This document shows positions 37,446 to 46,369 of a stretch of 64,000 nucleotides of DNA, one piece after another (within the stretch, counting starts at the first letter, position 1; the number at the start of each line of letters is the position of its first letter). The position numbers and the translations under genes were made by a program. Source of the stretch: a virus (taxonomy: Duplodnaviria; Caudoviricetes); IMG/VR virus record IMGVR_UViG_2595698621_000001, positions 1 through 64,000 of that record. The stretch is one strand, 5' to 3'. The notes under the pieces are model-generated. The model saw only the letters and a list, made by a program, of their open reading frames with translations. It was not told where the DNA came from and searched no databases.

Positions 37446-38141
37446 CTAAGCCTCGTCGTTCTCTGGGTCGAGACAACCGAGGTACCCCGACGCCGCGTAG
37501 AAGAACGGAGTGTCGATTGCTGCGACCGTGAGCTTCACCATATACTCCGCGAAGATGATACTCGCGGCGACGCTGTAAGGGAGCGCACTCCCGCCGAACA
37601 GCGGAGGCAGGAGAATAAACGCGAGCCAGGTGAAGAACGCGGTATCGAGGAGTTGCGAGGTTGCAGTACTCCCGAGGTTTCGGAACCACTTGTGCTTCCC
37701 GTCGGTCATACTCTTGAACCTGTGGAAGATGGTCACGTCGAGGTTCTGACTGACGAGGATACTGACGATGCTCGCCAGGATAATCGGGTAACTGCTGTTG
37801 AAGATTGTAGAGAATTGGGAGTTGTTCGCGTAGGACTCAGCGGGCGGCATCCACACTGCGAACGCGACGAGTGCGTAAGCGGCGATGAGCGCGAAAATCG
37901 TCCCGTTGACAACTCTCCGTGCTGTCTTCTTCCCGTACACCTCGCTCAGCAGGTCAGTGCAGAAGAAGTTGACTCCGATTGCCACCGCAGCGACCGAACC
38001 GGTGAACGTGCCGAGAAACGGAATGTCGTACACGACCAGTTTCGAGGCGGTGAGGTTCGCGGTAACCAAGACCCCTGCAAAGACGAGGCCGAGCGTCCAT
38101 TTAACGAACGAATCTGTGTCGAACGTGCTGGTTTCACCCAT
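37446..38141 (-). CDS. yhhQ: queuosine-precursor (preQ0/preQ1) transporter, VUT family
   Basis: ANLTASK, TDLLSEVYGKK.A, SQNLDV.IF, WFRN..ST..SQLLDT, DTPF. Confidence 0.9.
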   Translation of the reverse strand: MGETSTFDTDSFVKWTLGLVFAGVLVTANLTASKLVVYDIPFLGTFTGSVAAVAIGVNFFCTDLLSEVYGKKTARRVVNGTIFALIAAYALVAFAVWMPPAESYANNSQFSTIFNSSYPIILASIVSILVSQNLDVTIFHRFKSMTDGKHKWFRNLGSTATSQLLDTAFFTWLAFILLPPLFGGSALPYSVAASIIFAEYMVKLTVAAIDTPFFYAASGYLGCLDPENDEA

Positions 38142-38485
38142 ACGTATCTAACACGTCACAGGCGAAGGGAAGTAAAAGACTCGAGCTACAGAAAGGGGCG
38201 TCTCTCGCTACGTGTCCTTCGGATGAGGAACAGGAGTCCCATAACCGAATTGTTCTACGTTCCCTCGCAGTTCTTCGACTTCCTCGTCGGTGAGGTCAGT
38301 CATAGCGATGAACGTGTCCAGTGCGCCTTCGTCGTCGAACGTTAGTGTCCGTGGTTTTTCGTCAGTCATCATTTCTTCGTTTCTCTTCGCACTCCGGGCA
38401 GTAGTATCCCTTGTACCTCATCGGTGAATCTCCACGCCTCTGACCGGATGAAAACGATTCACCACAGTCGAGACAGGTCGGCATC

Positions 38486-39274
38486 TCACACCCCCGTAGC
38501 TTCGTCCCAGGTCGTCACCTGAAGACGAGGTGTGAAGTCCCACGTTCGCTCCTTGCACAGTTCCGCGACGATGGGATACGTCTCAGCGAGTTGTTCTCGC
38601 GTTTGTCCGGCGGGCATTAGGGAGATACGGTCATCGGGGATGTTGTACGCCTCGACAATTTCCAACACCTCAGACACGTCCTGCTCCCGCGAGACGACGA
38701 ACTTGAAGATGCTCGTGTCGTTGTTCGCGTGGAAGTCGAGCGCGTCGTCTTTGAGGCGAGCGTCTTCCGGCATCCCGCTGTTCGAGAGTTTCAGCGAGAC
38801 GTTGTAGAGATTGATGTAGTTGTCCAGACGGTCCTCAGGAACGATGGTCCCGTTTGTCTCGACCTCGATGAACGGTTTTCCTCGCTTCCGACGACGGAGC
38901 ATCTCAGCGATGAGCCCGACGATTTGGTCCTGTCGTTGCTCGAGCATCGGTTCGCCACCAGTCAGGATGAGATGGGCGCCTTCGGGAGTCATCTTCTGCC
39001 ACCACCCTTCGTCCTCCCACTCGTCGATGAGTTCCGCGGGGGTGTACGTGTAGTCAGGATTCCGCCACACCTCGATGGAATCGCAGACCCACGTCGCGTC
39101 TCCGCGTGGTTCCATATCCTCCTGCTTCTCGACCTGCATATTCTCGTTGCCTCCGCAGGCGAGATTACACCCAGCGAGACGAAGGAAGACAGCGGGTGTT
39201 CCTGCGTTCGGACCTTCGCCCTGTATACTGAAAAAGTGTTCAGCAACAGGGATTTGAGTTGACTCGTCTTTCAT
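38486..39274 (-). CDS. queE: 7-carboxy-7-deazaguanine synthase (radical SAM)
   Basis: E.F.SIQGEG, F.RLAGCNL.C..CD, LTGGEP, EVETNG, SLKL, KFVV, PRLQ. Confidence 0.9.
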   Translation of the reverse strand: MKDESTQIPVAEHFFSIQGEGPNAGTPAVFLRLAGCNLACGGNENMQVEKQEDMEPRGDATWVCDSIEVWRNPDYTYTPAELIDEWEDEGWWQKMTPEGAHLILTGGEPMLEQRQDQIVGLIAEMLRRRKRGKPFIEVETNGTIVPEDRLDNYINLYNVSLKLSNSGMPEDARLKDDALDFHANNDTSIFKFVVSREQDVSEVLEIVEAYNIPDDRISLMPAGQTREQLAETYPIVAELCKERTWDFTPRLQVTTWDEATGV

Positions 39275-39927
39275 AGCTCAGGCACCTCGATTTTACCGTG
39301 TTCTGCTTGTGTGTGACACGTCGGGCAGAGTTGTATCATATTGTCCAGAGTATGAGCGTCGTTCGGGTCGTCGAACGAAGAAACCGACTCGATATGATGG
39401 ACGTCCACCGACTTGCCCAACCTATCTGCTGTGATACCGCACACTTGACACTCGTCTCCGTCCCGTTCGACGACCTCCTCGCGTTTACTGTACCACTCGC
39501 TACCGTAGTAAGGAGCGTAGCCTCCTGCCCACACAGGGTTATCCTCGCCTGAGAACAGGTCAGAACGCCACTCGTTCTCGCACTCATCAGAACAGAAGTG
39601 ATGCTCGTACTCCTCTGCCTGACTCGGCCACATCTCCTTCGTTTCACCGCATACGTCACACTCGACCGTAGTCCTGTTATAACGAGGATTCCCCTCGCCC
39701 GAGTGAGTCTTCGACATCCACTCCGAACGACACTCGGTCGAGCAGAAAACGCGGTTTCGTTCTTCGCGCTCACTCGGGTAGAGCTCCTTCGTCCCGTCGT
39801 CACACCAGAAACAGTCGTACTCTTCAGGCACACCTGCTTCTATACTGTGCAGAGCATTAAAGCCCTGTTCGCCTTGCACTGAGTAGAAGTGTTCAGCGAC
39901 GGGAATCTGCGTGCTTTCGTCGTTCAT
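39271..39927 (-). CDS. free-standing HNH homing endonuclease with Zn-finger repeats, fused to a copy of the QueE N-terminus
   Basis: Two C..C/FCS..C + G.GNP repeats; RDG.ECQVCG, VHHI, N...LC..CH; first 20 aa nearly identical to QueE. Confidence 0.85.
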   Translation of the reverse strand: MNDESTQIPVAEHFYSVQGEQGFNALHSIEAGVPEEYDCFWCDDGTKELYPSEREERNRVFCSTECRSEWMSKTHSGEGNPRYNRTTVECDVCGETKEMWPSQAEEYEHHFCSDECENEWRSDLFSGEDNPVWAGGYAPYYGSEWYSKREEVVERDGDECQVCGITADRLGKSVDVHHIESVSSFDDPNDAHTLDNMIQLCPTCHTQAEHGKIEVPEL

Positions 39928-40367
39928 CGTTTGGTCATCTCCGTGTACTCTGTGTCCCATAGACGGTACAAGTCAACCCGCTCACCGAGGTCGTCGATTC
40001 CCTCGTCCTCGAGAAGTGCGAGCCACGCACCGTCTTTGGCGAGACGCGCAGGTCCGTTGTGGACAGTCTCGAGAACATTCTCTCGTCGGTGTTCCTCATC
40101 GGGTTGAATCACGTCCTCGAGTCGAGGGTCAGAAACGTTCCAGTAAATCGAGTCCCACTGGTCCTGTTTCAGATGTTCGGGTTTGTCCTCGAGGCGCTGC
40201 TGTTCCGACGCTGCGAGTCGTTCGAGCGCTTTCCAGTACGTCTCGGCGGTGACGACGTGCCCTCCCGCTCGTACCCGAACCTTCCCGTTCTTCAGTTTCT
40301 GAACCAGGTAGTGACTCACCGACTCATCGACGACTTCCTCTCCTTCGGGACGAGCGACTTCACTCAT
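39924..40367 (-). CDS. hypothetical protein
   Basis: Coupled ORF within the que cluster. Confidence 0.65.
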   Translation of the reverse strand: MSEVARPEGEEVVDESVSHYLVQKLKNGKVRVRAGGHVVTAETYWKALERLAASEQQRLEDKPEHLKQDQWDSIYWNVSDPRLEDVIQPDEEHRRENVLETVHNGPARLAKDGAWLALLEDEGIDDLGERVDLYRLWDTEYTEMTKR

Positions 40368-40507
40368 CGACTGTCTCCTCCACCTGTCCTTCGACCTTGA
40401 GAATCGAGACGCGCACTACGTCGTCTCTGTCCTCGAGTTCTTCTTTCACGTCCTCCGCGTCCTCATCAGGTTCGAGCGTGACGAGCAGGGAGTTGATGAC
40501 TGTGGTA

Positions 40508-40966
40508 TCAGGCATCTCCGAAGGGGTCTGGGTACGAAGCCGACATAGCGTACTTCGCCGTCTCTTTCATCTGAACCTTCGCACGTCGCACGTTGTCGAA
40601 CTCATCGACGAGTTCTTGAGCGACGACCTTCGAGACGAGCTCAGTCGTCGGGTCTCCGTCGAAGAGGTAGTATTCACCGAGAAGCTCACCGACCGCCGAC
40701 TTACCGAGCTCCTCGACGAGCGCCTGCACGAGCGGGTCATTCTCGTTGAGGAGGACCGCGTGGTCGTAGCGGTCGAAAACGTCGGAGATGTCCTTGAAGT
40801 CCTCGGCCATCTGATGCTCCTCGTTCGGGACACAGACCTGGAGTTTCGCGTTCCACTCGATATTGTGCCCGTGGATGTTGTTACAGGCACCGTCGTAGTG
40901 CATAAGTCGATGGGCGGTGCTCGTCGTATGCCCCTCGACCTCCAGCGTTCGGGTGTTGTCAGTCAC
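40508..40966 (-). CDS. queD: 6-carboxy-5,6,7,8-tetrahydropterin synthase
   Basis: AHRL..Y.G.C.NIHGHN, DF, YDH..L, PTTE, ET. Confidence 0.92.
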   Translation of the reverse strand: MTDNTRTLEVEGHTTSTAHRLMHYDGACNNIHGHNIEWNAKLQVCVPNEEHQMAEDFKDISDVFDRYDHAVLLNENDPLVQALVEELGKSAVGELLGEYYLFDGDPTTELVSKVVAQELVDEFDNVRRAKVQMKETAKYAMSASYPDPFGDA

Positions 40967-41726
40967 GGAAGCTCACCTCCTCCATAATCCGTTCCCACTC
41001 GTCGGGGCTCGCGTCCTGCACAGCCTGAACCGTTCCGAACGGGTCGGTGACGCGGGCAGCGTAGAACGCCTCTGCTCGCTCGATACAGGCAGGACACGAC
41101 CCGCACGGTTCGGGTTCGTCACCGTCGATAGCCTCGTAACAGGAGTAGGTGAACTCCCACGGGACACCGAGCGCCTCTCCGCGCTCGATGACTTCGACCT
41201 TCGACTGGTGCAGGAGAGGCGTGCGCACGTCAACAGAATCGCCATCTGCGAGCGAGGCGTTGACTGCCTCCTCGACAGCGGTGGCGAATTGGGGGCGACA
41301 GTCGGGGTACGACGCTTCGTCTCCCTGCTGCATACCGTGGTACACAGCATCGCCATCACTCACATCTGCGACGGCGGCGCCCGTCCCGATGAGGTGCAGG
41401 TTACGCATAGGAACGTACCCCGTCGAACGCCCGTCTTCCTCCTCGAGGTCGCCGTCCTCGGTGACGAACGAGTCTCGGTCAGACGCGACGCCGCGTCCGA
41501 ACACCGAGAACACTTCCGAGTAGTCGATAGTGAGAACTTCGCTGACGTTCTCTCCTTCGTCTCGGAAGTGTTGTGCCAGGTTGTGAGCCTGTTCTGCCTC
41601 GAAGTCAGCGGTTTGCTGACCGTAGTTGTAGTGCACCGGCTGCACCTCGTCGTAGGTGTCGAGGGCGATTGCCAGGCACGTTGCCGAGTCGATTCCTCCG
41701 CTCAGTAGTACGATTGCTTTGGTCAT
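40959..41726 (-). CDS. queC: 7-cyano-7-deazaguanine synthase
   Basis: LLSGGIDS, YGQ, YVPMRN, YPDCRP, TYSCY, CGSCPAC.ER. Confidence 0.95.
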   Translation of the reverse strand: MTKAIVLLSGGIDSATCLAIALDTYDEVQPVHYNYGQQTADFEAEQAHNLAQHFRDEGENVSEVLTIDYSEVFSVFGRGVASDRDSFVTEDGDLEEEDGRSTGYVPMRNLHLIGTGAAVADVSDGDAVYHGMQQGDEASYPDCRPQFATAVEEAVNASLADGDSVDVRTPLLHQSKVEVIERGEALGVPWEFTYSCYEAIDGDEPEPCGSCPACIERAEAFYAARVTDPFGTVQAVQDASPDEWERIMEEVSFRD

Positions 41727-41784
41727 CTCGCGTGTTGTTGTTGAAGTTTTCTCGTTGTGAAACCGTCGTCCCAGATACTCGTTG

Positions 41785-42189
41785 TCACTGGAACCCAAGC
41801 GGTCCTGTATTGTTCTGTCCGTTGCCATCGAACATCCCTCCCATCTGGTCCTGAAGTTGCTCCATCATATCTTCCTTCTGCTCCTGCTGCTCCTTGAGCC
41901 ACTCAGTCATCTGCTCACTGTAGACCTCTTTACCGACCTGGAGACCGATGCCGCTGACGAGTTGAGCGAGACCTGCCGTCTGAGGTTTCTCCGACAGCTC
42001 GATTTCTTTGTCCCAGGCGACGTGGAGCAGAACGATTGCTTCCGCCCGAGTAAACTCCACGGTGATGGGTCGCTCCTCAGCGTCGTCATCTCCGTCGTCA
42101 CTTGCGTCGTCTCCGTGAAGTTCGTCTGCTCCGGGTGTTGCCTCGGGGACGCCTTCGACCGCGTCAGCGTCGTCGTCTGCGTCGCTCAT
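41785..42189 (-). CDS. hypothetical protein
   Basis: ATGA-coupled to queF. Confidence 0.6.
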   Translation of the reverse strand: MSDADDDADAVEGVPEATPGADELHGDDASDDGDDDAEERPITVEFTRAEAIVLLHVAWDKEIELSEKPQTAGLAQLVSGIGLQVGKEVYSEQMTEWLKEQQEQKEDMMEQLQDQMGGMFDGNGQNNTGPLGFQ

Positions 42190-42647
42190 CGAGCACCTCC
42201 AACCCACGTATCGGACGAGATGCCGCCTCGTGGATTCACGTCGAACCGAACGTGCAGGAGCTCCTTCGCCTGTGCTTCTGTCCGGTCAGGGTACAGAATC
42301 TCAGCGAGGTCCTGGAATACCTTCGCCGTCACTTCCTCGTGCGAGATTCGAGCGTCCTCGAACGACATAAGGTAGTACTTGAGCGACTTGAGCTCGACGA
42401 TGAAGTCGTCAGGTCTGTACTCGATTTCTATCTCACCGTAGTCACGAACGCCCTCACTCTCGACTTCGTCGTCGTCAGCGTCCGGGTCAACACCGTAGTC
42501 GACCGGACAGTTGGTCGAGAATTCTTTGGCGACGTGGCGGTCAGTCCTATTCGTGTCCGGACGTGGATTCGGAACCGCCTGCAACACGTCGGAGTCGATT
42601 GGGTCGTAGTCCGGGTTAAACCGGAACGTGACTTCGTTGTCTGCCAT
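42186..42647 (-). CDS. queF: preQ0 reductase (preQ1 synthase), type I
   Basis: EFSTNCP, DYG.I.I.Y.P, VELKSLKYYL.SF, HEE, PRGGI. Confidence 0.88.
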   Translation of the reverse strand: MADNEVTFRFNPDYDPIDSDVLQAVPNPRPDTNRTDRHVAKEFSTNCPVDYGVDPDADDDEVESEGVRDYGEIEIEYRPDDFIVELKSLKYYLMSFEDARISHEEVTAKVFQDLAEILYPDRTEAQAKELLHVRFDVNPRGGISSDTWVGGAR

Positions 42648-42734
42648 CGGCGTATGGTCGTTACTGTCGATAGGACGTTAATGAACCGAGCCAGAAACAA
42701 CCGAGAAATTAGCCGAAGCGAGGAACGCAGACGT

Positions 42735-43832
42735 TCAGGCGAAGACGCCCCAAACGTCGTCGTCTTCGTCGTCCGCGTTCTCAGCGGCGCTCTGTCCTTC
42801 GACGGGGGAAGCGTCGGTGTTCGCGCTCGACTCGTTCTCGTCGTCGCTCTCGTCGTTCTCTGCCTCGTTACTGTCGTCGGCGTCGCCTTCGTCGGGAACG
42901 TTCATCTCGGCGTCGTCGAAGTCAGCGGACGACGGGCCCGCGGTGACCTTGACGACCTGACCCATATACGGGTAGTGACCGTTCGAGTACATCGAGGCCT
43001 TACCCTCGTCGTTCTCCTTGACGCGCTTCGTCTTACCGCCCTCGTCCTCGAAGACGACGCCCCACGTCTCGCCGGTACTCATATCGTACCCAGACGAGCG
43101 CGAGGTGTGGACGCGCTTGAAGTACGTGACCTCACCCGAGTAGGTGTTCAGGCCGTTGCCGTTCTTCTTCGCGTAGGTGACCTCGATACGGTCGCCATCC
43201 TGAACGAAGTCGAGCAGGTCCTCGAGCATCGGGTCGGCCTCACTCGACTCGTCGCCGCGTGCGTCAACCCAATCGTAACCTTCGCTCTCAGCGAGCTCGC
43301 GCAGGTCGTCCAGGTACTCGGCATCGAGCGACCAGGCGTCCTCTGCCTCAGGAGGAGCAGCGCGGTTGTCGTCGTCGAAGGTGTAGTGCGAACCTTCGCG
43401 GTCGTCGTCGTCGGCGCACTCGTCGTCGCCCCACGGGAGCGACTTGATGACTTCGTTCGCGGGCGTCATATCGTCGGGCGTCTCCCACGGCGGAGGCGAC
43501 TCGACGGTAACGCGCTTGTCGTCGTAGGTGTTCTCCCACTCGGCGACGACACGGAACGCGAGCTCGTCCTCGTCGTCGGAAACGTTCCAGACGAACGTGC
43601 GGGCACTCGTGCGAGGCTTCGCGCCGTCAACCTCGTCCTCGTCGGGCTCAGCGACGACCGTCTTCAGCAACTCGTGCGACGGGTGCAGGACGGACGTGAG
43701 AACCTCCTCCAGGTCGCTCAGGTCGTCGTCGCTCTGCGGAACCAGAACGTCGATTTGCTCCTCGACCTCGTGGTTCATCAGCGTGCGGTTGCGTGCCGTT
43801 TCAAGCGCGGCGTCGAACTTGGAATCGCTCAT
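42735..43832 (-). CDS. early acidic hypothetical protein
   Basis: Strong codon bias; GAGGAGAACAGAAATG start. Confidence 0.8.
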   Translation of the reverse strand: MSDSKFDAALETARNRTLMNHEVEEQIDVLVPQSDDDLSDLEEVLTSVLHPSHELLKTVVAEPDEDEVDGAKPRTSARTFVWNVSDDEDELAFRVVAEWENTYDDKRVTVESPPPWETPDDMTPANEVIKSLPWGDDECADDDDREGSHYTFDDDNRAAPPEAEDAWSLDAEYLDDLRELAESEGYDWVDARGDESSEADPMLEDLLDFVQDGDRIEVTYAKKNGNGLNTYSGEVTYFKRVHTSRSSGYDMSTGETWGVVFEDEGGKTKRVKENDEGKASMYSNGHYPYMGQVVKVTAGPSSADFDDAEMNVPDEGDADDSNEAENDESDDENESSANTDASPVEGQSAAENADDEDDDVWGVFA

Positions 43833-43928
43833 TTCTGTTCTCCTCACTTCGTAGTACAACGGGTCATACCATAAATGTATGGACTTATCACTTACTGAAG
43901 CTACGTGCTATAGCGTCTCTAGCTACGT

Positions 43929-44124
43929 GTACGCACGGTCGATGCTGAGAAACGAGAGACGCGGGTCTAAGCGGTATATCTGAGTATGGGAAAAGCCACT
44001 ACCCTGTCTAACGAAAGAGACGACGTTCTGAGCAGTTTTAGTCCGGCCAGGATGTCTGCCCCGGAGTCGAAAATCAAAAGGATGGATATAAACGTAGTGG
44101 CGCCCCGGAGCGACCAACACGTAC
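43929..44124 (-). ncRNA. putative ~200-nt structured ncRNA
   Basis: Has its own promoter copy; 5'/3' closing stem with G-U pairs; 8-bp inner stem GCCACUAC/GUAGUGGC; no acidic ORF. Confidence 0.6.
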
Positions 44125-44177
44125 AACACCCGGCATAATAAAAGTATGGACTTATACGCTACTGTTACGTGTAGCGC

Positions 44178-44218
44178 AGAATAAAGAAAAAGCCCGCGGG
44201 TTCGCTACCCGTCGGGCT
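44178..44218 (-). terminator. hairpin plus U-tract terminator
   Basis: AGCCCG-A-CGGGT..ACCCG-CGGGCT followed by TTTTCTTT immediately after the stop of 44218-44463. Confidence 0.65.
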
Positions 44219-44463
44219 TAGAGTTCGCGCCTTTCGCCGTTCATCTCATCCCAGAAGTGCTCGTAGTCGTTCGGGCCGTCAGGCCTCATCCTCATCGCCC
44301 CGATAACGTTGCCGCAGTCGGGACAGTCGTAACCGAGGTCTCTCCGACCAGCGGGCATACTCGGAAGTCCCTTGATGGTGACGCCGTCCATATCGTAGGC
44401 CGACCCGACCCACCCACAGTCGCCACACTCGTACTCGTGCGACTCGTGGCGGGTCTCACTCAT
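44218..44463 (-). CDS. zinc-finger microprotein
   Basis: CGDCGW..CPDCG; ends ..EHFWDEM. Confidence 0.7.
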   Translation of the reverse strand: MSETRHESHEYECGDCGWVGSAYDMDGVTIKGLPSMPAGRRDLGYDCPDCGNVIGAMRMRPDGPNDYEHFWDEMNGERREL

Positions 44464-44935
44464 CAGCGACCTCCGGGTTGACTTCGACCACGCAGTCGAT
44501 ACGCTCGTAACTCCTCATCTCGCCGAGCAGGCCACCATTACGGTCGACTTGACCGTAGGTGAGCTGGAAGTGCTCGTCGGTCCAGATGCTGTCCTTTGCA
44601 GGACGAGGCATCTCGAACCCAGGCAGGCGCTTCACCTTGCCCGTGACGAGGTAAGCGTTCTCGTTCGTCGGCGGCCCGTTCCAGACGAGGATGGTGTCGC
44701 CGACCGAGACGCGGTCGAGTGCTTCGTCGGGACTCAGACAACCAGTCGCCTCGTACACCTCACTCGGGTACTCACCCGCCGCGGGGAAGTACTTCTCGTA
44801 CTGAGGCACCATCAGGTTGTCTTCGTCAACCTCTTCGACTTCTGGGTCTCGGGTCCACTTCGAGCGATAATCGTCGAACGCGGATTTATCGTAAGTCGAG
44901 ACCACTTCGCCGTTGACTTCGTATGAGTCACTCAT
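44456..44935 (-). CDS. early hypothetical protein
   Basis: AGGTGAAATAGAAATG start; cassette ACTTTCAC at 45071-45078. Confidence 0.7.
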   Translation of the reverse strand: MSDSYEVNGEVVSTYDKSAFDDYRSKWTRDPEVEEVDEDNLMVPQYEKYFPAAGEYPSEVYEATGCLSPDEALDRVSVGDTILVWNGPPTNENAYLVTGKVKRLPGFEMPRPAKDSIWTDEHFQLTYGQVDRNGGLLGEMRSYERIDCVVEVNPEVADE

Positions 44936-45106
44936 TTCTATTTCACCTTGTTGACGCGGGCTGACACCAGAGCGGATATTGACGCCGGAGCGCAGGGGTC
45001 CACTCTTGGCCGGGGCGCCTCCCCGACGTTATACAATACGCCCGGGTGGGCCATAATGGTGAGTAGCCGAGTGAAAGTAGAGAGAAGGCGTCTCTCGCGG
45101 ATATCT

Positions 45107-46369
45107 TCAGAAATCGAGGACTGACTGCGATTTGGCACCGAACTCTTCGACACTAGAGTCCTTGCCGCCCGACCACTCTTCGTACTCCTTTTCGTCGAGA
45201 TTGAGGATATCTAACTCAGCACCCTCAAGACGATGTTCCAACGCTATCTCTCGACGTTCTTCCTCATCGAGGTCCTGAAGGATGGGCAGGAGAACCTTCC
45301 TGAAGTAGACGAACGAACCCGAGAACTCATATCGAGTCCCGTCTGTGTTCTTCAGCTTCCTGTAGACGCGAGAGACGGGTTTGTCTGACGATGCTTTAGC
45401 GACCGAGTGCCTGAACCACTCCGGGAAGAGGTCGGGGATGTAACCACTGTGCGCGTCAGTGAGACGGACCTCGGGCACCATACGAGCGAGCGAACCCGCG
45501 TACTTCCAATACCTGTAGTTGCGCGTGTCTCTCGTGCGACCCAACCACTTGTCGGCGCGTGAGAGACAGTCGTAGGCGACACCCGCCTCGAGACCTCGAT
45601 ACTCCTTCGCCACTGCCTGGTCGAGCCACATAACGAGGTCCTCTGGGTCGAGGTTCATCCCCGCGTACTTGTTCCCAGAGAGCATCTCAGGAATAGCGTC
45701 GAAAGCGTCCTCGTCCCACTGCCTTCCATCGTCGCCAAGCGGGACGTCTTGCTCGACGAGAATCTGGAGGTCGTTGATAGCGGAACGGAGGTCAGGACGT
45801 GCCGCGAGTTTTTGAAGGTCTCGGTCATCGACTTCGACACCTTCCGACTCAATAATGTCCTTCAGTTTCGCCTTCCTCGAACGCTTCCCGAGTTTGAAGT
45901 CGTGCTGATTGACTCGGTTCGTCACGCCATCTGGCGTTTGGTAGGCGTCGTTCGCCGTGAGGATTATCGGGTTCGGCGGGTCGTCGAGAACGTCATACAT
46001 CGGTTCCTTGCTCGGCGCACCTCTGCCCGTTGGCCATCCGTCAACCTCGTCGATGAGGACGAGTTGATGGTCGGCGTCTGCGGGAGTTGACTGCGCGTCT
46101 GCGGCGATATTCACCACGTCCTCCGTCTTCCTCGCTGTCGAGGCGTTTATCTCGGTCATCGGCATCTCGAGCGTGTCAGAGATGACCTGAGCGGTCGTCG
46201 TCTTACCGACACCCGGAGGGCCGACGAGCAACTGTGCTTCGTCGCCGGGTTCCCAATTCTCTGCCCACGACTTCAGTTGTCGCAGAGATTTGTTGTTGCC
46301 CTGGATGCTGTCGAAACTCGTCGGTCGATACTTCTCTACCCAAGATTCGTTGTTGTCGTTGTCTGTCAT
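45107..46369 (-). CDS. rfcL: replication factor C large subunit
   Basis: WVEKYRP, GPPGVGKTT, EINAS..R, LIDEVD, PIILTAN, DLRSAINDLQ; C-terminal PIP-like QSVLDF. Confidence 0.9.
   Translation of the reverse strand: MTDNDNNESWVEKYRPTSFDSIQGNNKSLRQLKSWAENWEPGDEAQLLVGPPGVGKTTTAQVISDTLEMPMTEINASTARKTEDVVNIAADAQSTPADADHQLVLIDEVDGWPTGRGAPSKEPMYDVLDDPPNPIILTANDAYQTPDGVTNRVNQHDFKLGKRSRKAKLKDIIESEGVEVDDRDLQKLAARPDLRSAINDLQILVEQDVPLGDDGRQWDEDAFDAIPEMLSGNKYAGMNLDPEDLVMWLDQAVAKEYRGLEAGVAYDCLSRADKWLGRTRDTRNYRYWKYAGSLARMVPEVRLTDAHSGYIPDLFPEWFRHSVAKASSDKPVSRVYRKLKNTDGTRYEFSGSFVYFRKVLLPILQDLDEEERREIALEHRLEGAELDILNLDEKEYEEWSGGKDSSVEEFGAKSQSVLDF

Noticed and set aside
42102-43874. Long antisense ORFs (e.g. 42102-43874, 8373-9959, 11986-13290, 56659-58014)
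   Set aside because: Shadow frames of GC3-biased acidic genes (Val/Arg/Leu-rich), with no motifs or start signals.
43923-44129. 68-aa ORF over the candidate ncRNA
   Set aside because: GTG start lies upstream of the inferred TSS, no SD, basic composition unlike the proteome.
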